Shown here in pieces: positions 47,513 to 55,823 of a stretch of DNA of 55,823 nt. The stretch lies in sequence record DRR723986_9123; one strand, given 5' to 3'. The first letter of the stretch is position 1, and every line of letters starts with the position of its first letter. The position numbers and the translations under genes are program-made. Below the pieces are notes generated by a model, which saw only the letters and a list, made by a program, of their open reading frames with translations, had not been told where the DNA came from and searched no databases.

Positions 47513-49555
47513 TCATTCACTCGAGAGCTTACGTCGAATGCGCGAGATTTGTTCGCTAGCCCAAGTCTTATCGCCGTACAGCAGGACAAGGTCTTTGTAG
47601 TAGCGGTCCAATTGCTTGTCATCTAAAGATTGTTCTGCCGCCTGCACCAGTTGTGCGAGATCTTCTGCCGCCGCAGTGGTCGTCTTGGTAGCTGTCCGAC
47701 CGCCGGCCTTGGTCGCAAACTCGATTAGCCTGACGTACCGCGCCTGTCGGGCGTCCAAGTTTTCGATCTGCCCAAATACACCGAGGAATGCAGCCATTTT
47801 GTTCTCTGCCTCTTCGCGGGGAGCGCGTTCACGGGCATTCATGCATTCCAAGAAAGCTTGCTCTACGGCAGTTAGGCGATTGGCCGCAGTCGTACTCGAT
47901 GCGCGGCGACGTAACACGCGAGTCCATCGAGACAGCTCCGTTTCATCGGCCAAAGCTTGAACTTCTGACGCTCGATCGTCATCGGGGAATCTCGCAAGGA
48001 ATGCCTCGATGTCATTTCGCGCCGCAAGCAGTTGTCCTTCGTCTCCGGAGTCGGCGGCAACCTGGATTCGGTCATACAAGTCGTCTGCGGGAACTGGCTG
48101 AAGCATCCAGATCCCGAATCCGATGCTGCCGATCAAAAGCACCGCCAGGCCAATAATCGAACCAATCTGTACCCAGTCGGTCGCGGGCTCCTGCGGGATT
48201 TCTTCCTCGATACCAAGCTTAACCGGAACTGCTGATGTGTCGTCGATGGAGGTGTAGTGGCTCTTGCCAGCGACTCCAGAAAACGTCTCATCGGTTGACG
48301 GTATCGGCTCACTAACGCCAAACTCACCAGACAGCTCGCCTTCCTTGGACGGAAGCCGTTTTTCGGCGGACTTGGCTGCTGGCTCGGAATTGAGGGGCGG
48401 CAATTCCAGGTCATCCGGTGCGAGCATCGTCTGCTGTTCGCGAGTCCCTAAATCACCATTGCCCAATTGTGTTTCATCCGAAGCACTAGAGTGTTCCGCT
48501 TTGACATCGGCCGGTTTCTTATCACCCGATGCGGTACCTTCGGCTGGCTTATCTGCACCAAGTCCCAGTTCGCTGAGCACCTCGCCCGTTAGTTTGAGAT
48601 CTTCGTCTTCGACGTCTGACAAGTCGAGACTCGTCAAATGAGTGCCAATCTTTCCAATGCGAGTCTCTTCCGGCGGAGGCTGCGGTTCAGGAGCGGCTGG
48701 TGAATCGGGCTTTGGCTGCGGGCGCCTCGTAAGTCCCTGAAGCATCGCTTTGAGCCGGTTGCCGACGACTAGAGCCGTTGGCGGGCGTTTCTGAATGTCT
48801 TTGCGAAGGAGTTCATGAATGAGCTCGGCCAGTTCATCAGGCACCTCCGGAGCAATTTCTTGAATACTCTGCGGTGTGTTGTACCGCACGCTGTAGAGTA
48901 CTTCAGGAACACTCTTTCCTCCAAAGGGAGCTTTGCCGCACAGCAACGCATACAAGACTCCACCCAGACTGTACAAGTCACTGCGTACGGTGACCGGCTT
49001 GCCTTCAGCCTGCTCTGGCGGCATGTAATCCGCCGTGCCAATCACACTGCCTGCAGCGGTCATGTCCGTTGAACCGAAGAGCTTTGCGATACCAAAATCC
49101 GTTAGCTTGATTTTCCCGGAGGTGTCAAGCATTAGATTGGCTGGTTTCAAGTCGCGGTGAATGATCCCGAGGTCGTGGGCATGCTTGAGGGCCGAAGCGG
49201 TTTCGATGCCGATTTGAACAACTTCTTGCCACGGCATCTTGCTGTGCTGCCGCAGGTGTTCGTGCAGCGAGTGCCCGTCGACGTATTCCATTGTATAAAA
49301 GAGAAGCCCCTGCTCTTCACCGAATCCCACCAGTGAAACAATGTGGGGGTGCTTGAGCCGCTGGAGTGTCTCGATTTCCGAGGCAAAGCGACGACGAAAA
49401 CGTGAAGAATTCGCAACGCCGCTAGCGATGACTTTGATGGCGATCGCATCTCCACTCCTGGCGTGGACACCCTTATAAACGGTGCCCATCCCGCCCCGCC
49501 CTAGAGTGGATTCCACTCGGTAGGGACCGAGATATTCGAATTCTGGCTCGCTCAT
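47513..49555 (-). CDS. Membrane Hanks-type Ser/Thr protein kinase
   Basis: LGRGGMGTVY, AIK, HRDLKPAN, DFG and GTADYMPPE; acidic linker, one TM, helical extracytoplasmic domain. Confidence 0.95.
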   Translation of the reverse strand: MSEPEFEYLGPYRVESTLGRGGMGTVYKGVHARSGDAIAIKVIASGVANSSRFRRRFASEIETLQRLKHPHIVSLVGFGEEQGLLFYTMEYVDGHSLHEHLRQHSKMPWQEVVQIGIETASALKHAHDLGIIHRDLKPANLMLDTSGKIKLTDFGIAKLFGSTDMTAAGSVIGTADYMPPEQAEGKPVTVRSDLYSLGGVLYALLCGKAPFGGKSVPEVLYSVRYNTPQSIQEIAPEVPDELAELIHELLRKDIQKRPPTALVVGNRLKAMLQGLTRRPQPKPDSPAAPEPQPPPEETRIGKIGTHLTSLDLSDVEDEDLKLTGEVLSELGLGADKPAEGTASGDKKPADVKAEHSSASDETQLGNGDLGTREQQTMLAPDDLELPPLNSEPAAKSAEKRLPSKEGELSGEFGVSEPIPSTDETFSGVAGKSHYTSIDDTSAVPVKLGIEEEIPQEPATDWVQIGSIIGLAVLLIGSIGFGIWMLQPVPADDLYDRIQVAADSGDEGQLLAARNDIEAFLARFPDDDRASEVQALADETELSRWTRVLRRRASSTTAANRLTAVEQAFLECMNARERAPREEAENKMAAFLGVFGQIENLDARQARYVRLIEFATKAGGRTATKTTTAAAEDLAQLVQAAEQSLDDKQLDRYYKDLVLLYGDKTWASEQISRIRRKLSSE

Positions 49556-49846
49556 ACGCTAACTACTGGTCAAAGAAGAGGGCTTAGAGGAATTGGGAAC
49601 GCTCTGGGCCAACTGCCAAGGACGTCGGTGGCGGTTCCTCCGCAATCGTAAGTCTAGCTCATTGGGGATTTTTCGTGGCTAGCCAAATTGCGTTTCTGAG
49701 GTGTCATCAACGAAGTTTCGCCGCTTAAGCAGGTCACAATCGCCGTAGTGGCTACAATCTTTACGCGTCAAAACGTGCGGTCGCCGACACGAAAAGTGAC
49801 CAACGAAGCAAAAGTTTTCGAATCTTCCACGGCCGAGGTAACGTCT

Positions 49847-50773
49847 GTGCTTCTCTATACGCACCCAAGTTTTCGTGGGCATGATACGAAGAAACACCCC
49901 GAGAGCATTGCCCGAATTGAAAACCTGGACGCGGCCCTTGAGTCTGCTGGCGTGCCTGGAGTCCGTCGAGCTGAAGAGTGGCCCAGCGCGAACTTAGAGC
50001 AGCTTTCGCGAGTGCATGGCCGAGAATATCTCGATCAGCTCAAGCAGTGGTGCGAGGCGGACGCGGGGCAGATAGAAGCCGACACTTACGTCAGTCCAGG
50101 GACTTGGCACGCGGCCTTGGTTGGCGCGGGAGCGGCGATAGATGCAACACGCCGCGTCTTGGCGGGCGAGACCAAGCGAGCGTTTTGTGCGATGCGCCCT
50201 CCGGGGCATCATGCTGTACCGAAAGGTCCGATGGGTTTCTGCGTGGTTAACAATGTCGCCGTCGCGGCCGCCCACGCGCAGGCTGAAGGTCTACATCGCG
50301 TCTTGATCGTGGACTTCGATGTTCATCATGGCAACGGAACCCAAGACGCTTTTTACGATAGCGAACAAGTTGGATTTTTTTCGATTCACCGCAGCCCCTT
50401 TTACCCTGGCACCGGTGCAGAAAGTGAAACTGGAACGGGGAAAGGACTTGGGACAACGCTAAACGTTCCGGTCACGTCGGGGATTCTGAAGCAGCAGTTT
50501 TTCGAATCCTTTGAGCGAAAGTTGACGCAGTTTGCCGCCAAAATCAAACCTGAGCTTGTGCTGGTTAGTGCCGGATTTGACGCGCATCGTAACGATCCGG
50601 TCGGAGGATTATGCTTGGAGGACGAGGACTTTATTGGCGTGACGGAAATAGTCCGAGGAGTGGCCGACGAGCATGCTCAAGGAAAAATCGTCAGCCTGTT
50701 AGAAGGCGGCTATCATCTGGAGCATATGCCTGCATCGGCAGTTTGTCATGTGCGATCACTGGCCGCTGGCTGA
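49847..50773 (+). CDS. Histone deacetylase-family amidohydrolase
   Basis: HPES..R, RPPGHHA, MGFC, DFDVHHGNGTQ, SAGFDAH and LEGGY. GTG start with GAGG upstream. Confidence 0.94.
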   Translation: MLLYTHPSFRGHDTKKHPESIARIENLDAALESAGVPGVRRAEEWPSANLEQLSRVHGREYLDQLKQWCEADAGQIEADTYVSPGTWHAALVGAGAAIDATRRVLAGETKRAFCAMRPPGHHAVPKGPMGFCVVNNVAVAAAHAQAEGLHRVLIVDFDVHHGNGTQDAFYDSEQVGFFSIHRSPFYPGTGAESETGTGKGLGTTLNVPVTSGILKQQFFESFERKLTQFAAKIKPELVLVSAGFDAHRNDPVGGLCLEDEDFIGVTEIVRGVADEHAQGKIVSLLEGGYHLEHMPASAVCHVRSLAAG

Positions 50774-50817
50774 TCGTTCAGGGCTCAAGCCCGAGCGAGT
50801 CGCTCCCAAGTCTGCGA

Positions 50818-51711
50818 CTACGAAGCGGTGCCGTCGGCTTCCATCTCAGCCATTAACATTTTCATGTCGTCCCAAACCAGTCGCTTGGCACTCTCGTTGC
50901 GTAACAAATACGATGGGTGATAAGTGACGATCACCTTTGCGCCGCGATACGTATGAAACCTACCACGCAAGCGCCCGATCGATTGTTCGGCTCCCAGTAG
51001 ACTACGCACGGCCACGGCACCAAGGCAAACAATGTACTGCGGCTGAATGAGTTCAAGCTGACGTTGAGCAAATCCACGGCAACTCTCGATTTCAGTTGCA
51101 ATGGGTGTTCGGTTCTGGGGCGGACGGCACTTCAGCGCGTTCATGATGTAGATGTCTTCGCGACTGAGCTTCATTGCCTGGATGATCTTGGTCAGCAACT
51201 GCCCTGCTTTACCCACAAACGGCCTCCCTGTCCGATCCTCGTCCGCGCCAGGGGCTTCGCCGATGAAGCAAATTTTGGCGTCCAAACGACCTTCGCCAAA
51301 GACCGTTTGCTGACGAAAACCAACAATCTCTGTGCAGTGCTTACAGTCTTTCACCTCGGCATCGATCGGCGCAATTGCAGCCTCTCGATCTGCTAGCGCA
51401 ACGACCGGTAACTGCCACTCTCCAGGCTGAACTGGGGCCGCGGGAGCGGCTGGCTGAGGGACCGCTGGCGGAGCCGATTGAGCGACTGTAGGGTCGACGC
51501 TCGGTGTGACGGTGGGTGTCGGGGCGGAGACGCTGCTGCCTGCCTGCGGGTGTGATCCCTCGGCAAGAGCCCGCTGAACAGCCTCAATGGTTGCCGGCGA
51601 CAAGTCCTCGGCAGAGAGTGCTGGGACGCTGGCGATGCCCGATCTCTTCAAATGCTCGAGGAGCTGGCTCAATTGCTTCCGCAGGACATGCGGGTCGAGG
51701 GTTGGATTCAT
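50818..51711 (-). CDS. Family-4 uracil-DNA glycosylase (4Fe-4S)
   Basis: CKHC, VFGEG, IGEAPG..ED..GRPFVG, KCRPP and TYHPSYLLR. Confidence 0.94.
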   Translation of the reverse strand: MNPTLDPHVLRKQLSQLLEHLKRSGIASVPALSAEDLSPATIEAVQRALAEGSHPQAGSSVSAPTPTVTPSVDPTVAQSAPPAVPQPAAPAAPVQPGEWQLPVVALADREAAIAPIDAEVKDCKHCTEIVGFRQQTVFGEGRLDAKICFIGEAPGADEDRTGRPFVGKAGQLLTKIIQAMKLSREDIYIMNALKCRPPQNRTPIATEIESCRGFAQRQLELIQPQYIVCLGAVAVRSLLGAEQSIGRLRGRFHTYRGAKVIVTYHPSYLLRNESAKRLVWDDMKMLMAEMEADGTAS

Positions 51712-51876
51712 CGCAGTTGCCGAACCACCTTACGCAATTTACCAAGAATTCATGGTTCCGAAGCATCTCTGGGCCGATCCCGGGGCCGCGCCCGCTCGCC
51801 TATCATGCCAGCGGCAAGTACATTAGGCAACCTGTCAGGATTGAGTTGCACTATCAAAATTCACAGATCAGATCCG

Positions 51877-53244
51877 ATGCCAGTCCCAAAAGTAGCCATT
51901 GTCGGCCGTCCTAATGTCGGCAAGAGCAGTATTTTCAACTGGTTAGACGGACGTCGTCTTGCGATCGTTGACGACATGGCCGGCGTGACGCGAGATCGCT
52001 TGGTGACGCTCATCGAGAATGAGGGGCGTTTCTTCGAGCTGATCGATACCGGCGGAATGGGAATCGAGGACGCCGATAACCTGACCAAGGACGTCGAACA
52101 ACAAATCGCAGTCGGTATTGCCGAAGCGGATTTGCTGCTGTTCGTCGTCGATACGCGAGCCGGACTAACGTCTCTGGACGAAGTCGTGGCCGAGCGGCTG
52201 CGAAAGGTCGAGAAGCCGGTCCTGCTGCTTGCCAACAAGGCGGATCATGAAGGCCTGGATGACTCGGCGCTCGAATTTCACCGGCTCGGACGGGGTTGGC
52301 TAATTCCGGTCAGTGTCAAGCAGAATCGTAATCGCGCCGATTTGTTCGACGCCATCTTTGAGCGACTGCCCGAATACACCGAAGCGGATGAGGCCGGTGT
52401 GGCCGACGACCCGCGAATGAAGCTGGCCATCGTAGGGCGTCGCAACGTTGGCAAGAGCACGTTCGTGAATTCGCTCGCTCAAGCAAAGCGTTGCATCGTC
52501 AGCGAAGTACCCGGGACAACTCGTGATAGTGTCGATGTGCACTTCGATTTAGACGGGCACAAGTTCGTCGCTATCGATACACCGGGCCTAAGGCGAAACA
52601 AGAGCATTCGTACCGACATTGATTTCTATGGCTTGCACCGGGCCCAGCGTAGCATTCGCCGCGCCGACGTGTCGCTACTGTTTTTCGATTGCATGGAATC
52701 GATCAGTAAAGTCGACAAGCAATTGGCACACTACATAGAACAACAGTACAAGCCCTGTATTTTTGTCGTCAACAAATGGGACAAAGTGGCCGGGAATGTG
52801 CCAACAGAGCGTTGGGTTCGCTACCTTCGTGAACACTTCCATTCGATGACCTACTGTCCCATCGCGTTCATTACTGGGCAAACCGGTAAGAACATGAAAG
52901 CCCTGCTAAACCACGCTCAGATGCTCTTCAAGCAATCGCAGACGCGGGTTTCGACGCCAACGGTCAACAAGCTGATTGCTGCGGCGATGCAGAAGCAGCA
53001 ACCGCCGCTCTACCTGAATCGACGCCCCAAGATTTACTTTGGTTCGCAAATTGCCACCGAGCCTCCCACGCTCATCATGATGTGCAATATGCCACAAGGA
53101 TTTCCACCCAGCTATCGACGTTATCTAATTAACGTTTGTCGCGACAATCTGCCCTTTGGTGAAGTTCCCATCAAGATGTACATGCAGAAACGCGAAAGCC
53201 AGTCGATCGAACAACGCGCTCAAGATTCTCGCGAAGGAGAGTGA
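51877..53244 (+). CDS. der: Ribosome biogenesis GTPase Der (EngA)
   Basis: Two G domains ([42 protein letters not shown]) and a KH-like tail. Confidence 0.97.
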   Translation: MPVPKVAIVGRPNVGKSSIFNWLDGRRLAIVDDMAGVTRDRLVTLIENEGRFFELIDTGGMGIEDADNLTKDVEQQIAVGIAEADLLLFVVDTRAGLTSLDEVVAERLRKVEKPVLLLANKADHEGLDDSALEFHRLGRGWLIPVSVKQNRNRADLFDAIFERLPEYTEADEAGVADDPRMKLAIVGRRNVGKSTFVNSLAQAKRCIVSEVPGTTRDSVDVHFDLDGHKFVAIDTPGLRRNKSIRTDIDFYGLHRAQRSIRRADVSLLFFDCMESISKVDKQLAHYIEQQYKPCIFVVNKWDKVAGNVPTERWVRYLREHFHSMTYCPIAFITGQTGKNMKALLNHAQMLFKQSQTRVSTPTVNKLIAAAMQKQQPPLYLNRRPKIYFGSQIATEPPTLIMMCNMPQGFPPSYRRYLINVCRDNLPFGEVPIKMYMQKRESQSIEQRAQDSREGE

Positions 53245-53248
53245 TAAG

Positions 53249-53836
53249 ATGGCAGCGAAGAAGATTCTCTTCATAGTCGGCGACTTTGTCGAAGACTACG
53301 AAATCATGGTTCCATTCCAGATGCTGACCATGGTTGGTCATCACTGCATCGCCGTCTGTCCCGATAAACAATCGGGCGAATCTGTGGCGACCGCGATCCA
53401 CGATTTTGAAGGCCATCAGACCTATTCGGAAAAGCCCGGGCACAACTTTGTGCTCAATGGGAGCTTTGACGAAGTGGCTGTCGCCGATTTCGATGCCCTC
53501 GTACTTCCCGGCGGCAGAGCGCCCGAGTACTTGCGATTGAACCAGAGGGTTCTTGAGCTAACGAAAGAATTTGACGCTGCAAAGAAGCCCATTGCCGCTA
53601 TCTGCCACGGCCCACAGATTCTTGCCGCCGCTGGCGTGTTGAAAGACCGCCAGTGCAGTTGTTACCCAGCCGTTGGTCCAGAAGTTACGATGCAAGGCGG
53701 CACGTTCGTCGATGCTTCGGCTGGCTTTGACAACGCTCACACCGACGGTCATCTCGTTACCGCACCAGCCTGGCCTGCTCACCCAGCATGGATGAGGCAA
53801 TTCCTTGAGGTGCTGGGATCCAAGGTCGAAGCCTAG
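53249..53836 (+). CDS. DJ-1/PfpI-family protein
   Basis: [26 protein letters not shown] and TAPAWP; starts 4 bp after der. Confidence 0.93.
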   Translation: MAAKKILFIVGDFVEDYEIMVPFQMLTMVGHHCIAVCPDKQSGESVATAIHDFEGHQTYSEKPGHNFVLNGSFDEVAVADFDALVLPGGRAPEYLRLNQRVLELTKEFDAAKKPIAAICHGPQILAAAGVLKDRQCSCYPAVGPEVTMQGGTFVDASAGFDNAHTDGHLVTAPAWPAHPAWMRQFLEVLGSKVEA

Positions 53837-53913
53837 GCGTGCCTAGCCCGTCGGCGAGCTATCTGACTCCAACGAGTTACGTCGCAGATGCCCGCTCGAA
53901 TCCGAAGTGCGTC

Positions 53914-55260
53914 TTATTTCGCGCTGCGGTACTTTGCGTATTCTTCAACGGTGATCGCTCCATCTCCGTCGTAGTCCGCACCTTTGGGTTTGATCAGCAT
54001 ACGTTGCCATTCATCAACGGTTAGCTTCCCGTTGTTGTCCTTGTCGTACTTCCCGATTTGTCGCTTAGCCCAGTCGACGTTTTCGCCGCCAAGTTGAGCT
54101 GTGCTGGACGAACCACCAGACGGCCCACTGGAACTCGAAATCTCATCGCCGTACTTGACCACCGCCAAGCACTCACGCGGCTCGATGATTCCATCGCCAT
54201 TGACATCCCACTTCAAGAACTCGCCGAGCGTTTCCGCATTCCACGATGAACTGTACTCACTCATGAGCACTTGCCCATCGCCGTCTGCATCACGCTGCGC
54301 AAAGAACTCAGGCATTCCATCGGTACTGGGCGAGATGTCGACTCGGTAACTCTTCGCATCGCCGAAGCGACTGGGCTTCTCTTCCTTTTTGCCATCACCG
54401 CGCGACCATCCGGAATCGCCGCCCGAACGCCCCCAACCGCTTGATCCGCGATCCGATCCCCAGCGGCTGCGCGAGTCAGACGAGCTTGAGTTGCTTCGCC
54501 GTTCTTCTTCTGCCAAACGGCGTTTCGCGTATCGCACCGCAAGTTCGTTCTTGGACAGCATACCGTCACGATTACGATCGTAAGACATTGGGTCGTCGGA
54601 CCAACGTCCGCGTCTGAGTTCTTCGGCATCCAGTTTGCCGTCTTTGCTCGTGTCGTAACGGCGCATCCGCTCCTCAGCTTCCTCAAGGTCTTGTTCTTCG
54701 ACGCGGACGCTCAGAGCTTCCGCGCTGGCCCCAAAGCCAGGCAATGGCTCAGGTATTAAGTCGCTGCCGAACCCCGGGACGAGTGGTTCTGGTTCGTCGC
54801 TAGACGATGTTCTTGAGGAAGATGACGAAGAACTTGAGCTGCTTGATCCGCCGCGCATCTTGCTAATTTCACCGGATAGCAATGAAATTGGCACGGGCTT
54901 GGAGAGGTCGATTTTCGGGTTGTTCTGCGCCATTCGCTGCAGGAAAAACTGCGCTGGCCCTTGAGCTTCATCGGGTTCGATCATGCCGTTGCCGTTACGG
55001 TCGAAGCGGCTGAGAATGGCGGCTGGGTCAAATCCGCGCGAGCCACCGCTGGATCCACCTCGGGAAAAACCGCTGCTCGGCGGTCCGCCTCTTGATCCAC
55101 CAAAACTGCTGCCAGGTGGACCACCTCGCGAAAAACCGCCTCGATCCCCACCCCTGTCTCCACCTCGATCCCCACGATCTCCACCTCTTTGAGCCCAAGC
55201 TTCACTTGCTGAAAGACTAGCAAGCAGCAGGATGGTCAGAACGGAAATTGATGACTTCAT
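53914..55260 (-). CDS. Secreted multi-EF-hand protein with RGG/Ser-rich linkers
   Basis: Signal peptide ending AWA; seven DxD/NxDG-type loops (DRNGNG, DTSKDG, DRNRDG, DADGDG, DVNGDG, DKDNNG, DYDGDG), each ending in E. Confidence 0.88.
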   Translation of the reverse strand: MKSSISVLTILLLASLSASEAWAQRGGDRGDRGGDRGGDRGGFSRGGPPGSSFGGSRGGPPSSGFSRGGSSGGSRGFDPAAILSRFDRNGNGMIEPDEAQGPAQFFLQRMAQNNPKIDLSKPVPISLLSGEISKMRGGSSSSSSSSSSSRTSSSDEPEPLVPGFGSDLIPEPLPGFGASAEALSVRVEEQDLEEAEERMRRYDTSKDGKLDAEELRRGRWSDDPMSYDRNRDGMLSKNELAVRYAKRRLAEEERRSNSSSSDSRSRWGSDRGSSGWGRSGGDSGWSRGDGKKEEKPSRFGDAKSYRVDISPSTDGMPEFFAQRDADGDGQVLMSEYSSSWNAETLGEFLKWDVNGDGIIEPRECLAVVKYGDEISSSSGPSGGSSSTAQLGGENVDWAKRQIGKYDKDNNGKLTVDEWQRMLIKPKGADYDGDGAITVEEYAKYRSAK

Positions 55261-55700
55261 GGTGGTATAGCCGTAAAGTGTTTGACAGCAGTTGTTTAAC
55301 GCGATCATCGGGCATTGGCACAGAAGCGTGCAGGCCGGGTTACGCAATCATTAGATTCTAATTGAAGCGTTGGCGTTCGGCGAATACGGATTGGCTCCAT
55401 CGATACAAACACCCCAACAACAGAATTGTTTCGCATCGTCGAGTCTGCCGTGCTGCGTCGAATCTGCCGAGCGGCATTGCCGCCCTCGAATCCCGCCTGC
55501 TAACCGGTTCGTTACTCGGCGAGCGATCGTTACGCGATTCTGCAGAGCTTACCGAGTTGCAATTCGGTTGTTTCGGTGACAGCCTAGGTACTGTTCGAGC
55601 GATCTGGGCTGAAATTGCCTGTCAAACGGCTTTGATCTGGTGAGTTTTGGGGGGAATTCAGTTCTGTTGGAATTGGTCAGAAAAACTCGAGCAACGGACC

Positions 55701-55729
55701 TTCACGACACCGTCGTGCTTCGTTATGAT
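55701..55729 (+). promoter_or_regulatory. Sigma70-like promoter for the tRNA
   Basis: TTCACG-N17-TATGAT about 45 nt upstream of the tRNA. Confidence 0.55.
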
Positions 55730-55773
55730 TTTCACTCGCTCAGGGGGCACACGCTGTCTCCTCGCCAACATAT

Positions 55774-55823
55774 GCCTCCGTAGCTCAGTTGGTTAGAGCA
55801 GCTGACTCTTAATCAGCGGGTCC
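55774..55823 (+). tRNA. tRNA-Lys (anticodon CTT), 3' part beyond the window
   Basis: GCCTCCG-TA-GCTC-AGTTGGTTA-GAGC D-arm; anticodon arm GCTGA-CTCTTAA-TCAGC; truncated before the T-arm. Confidence 0.93.

Noticed and set aside
1..55823. CRISPR array, prophage, IS or tRNA-anchored island
   Set aside because: No regularly spaced repeats and no integrase, transposase or phage genes; the tRNA 3' side lies outside the window.

Overview
This is a gene-dense window of about 40 CDSs from what looks like a Planctomycete, probably Pirellulaceae-like. That assignment is inferred from the SHD1-domain protease, the HTH_17-receiver regulator, the secreted EF-hand protein, the ExbB-ExbD-ExbD cluster without TonB and the Hanks kinase. 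The content is mostly core or lineage-typical: an NAD-salvage operon (pncB-nrtR-pncA) with a clear NrtR operator, several glycosyltransferases (GT87, GT2-methyltransferase, ArnT-like, GT4) and murJ, coaD flanked by two PLP enzymes, fliS, a TrmH methylase, a LolD/FtsX-type ABC pair, hflX, der, family-4 UDG, an HDAC-family deacetylase, PfpI, a MutS-domain-V protein, and a tRNA-Lys(CTT) cut by the window end. I found no integrase, transposase, prophage or CRISPR array. The most unusual signals are: (i) three non-coding stretches with strand-consistent multi-hairpin structure (about 6.6-6.8 kb, 15.4-15.6 kb and 21.4-21.5 kb); (ii) intact but apparently catalytically dead proteins, namely an ABC exporter lacking all NBD motifs (preceded by an in-register A_AAA_AAG slippery site) and a GlxC/GlxD-like pair behind kinase-GT4-murJ; and (iii) GTAG-type REP palindromes. 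All calls come from reading motifs by eye; no searches or folding programs were run, and start codons are best guesses.
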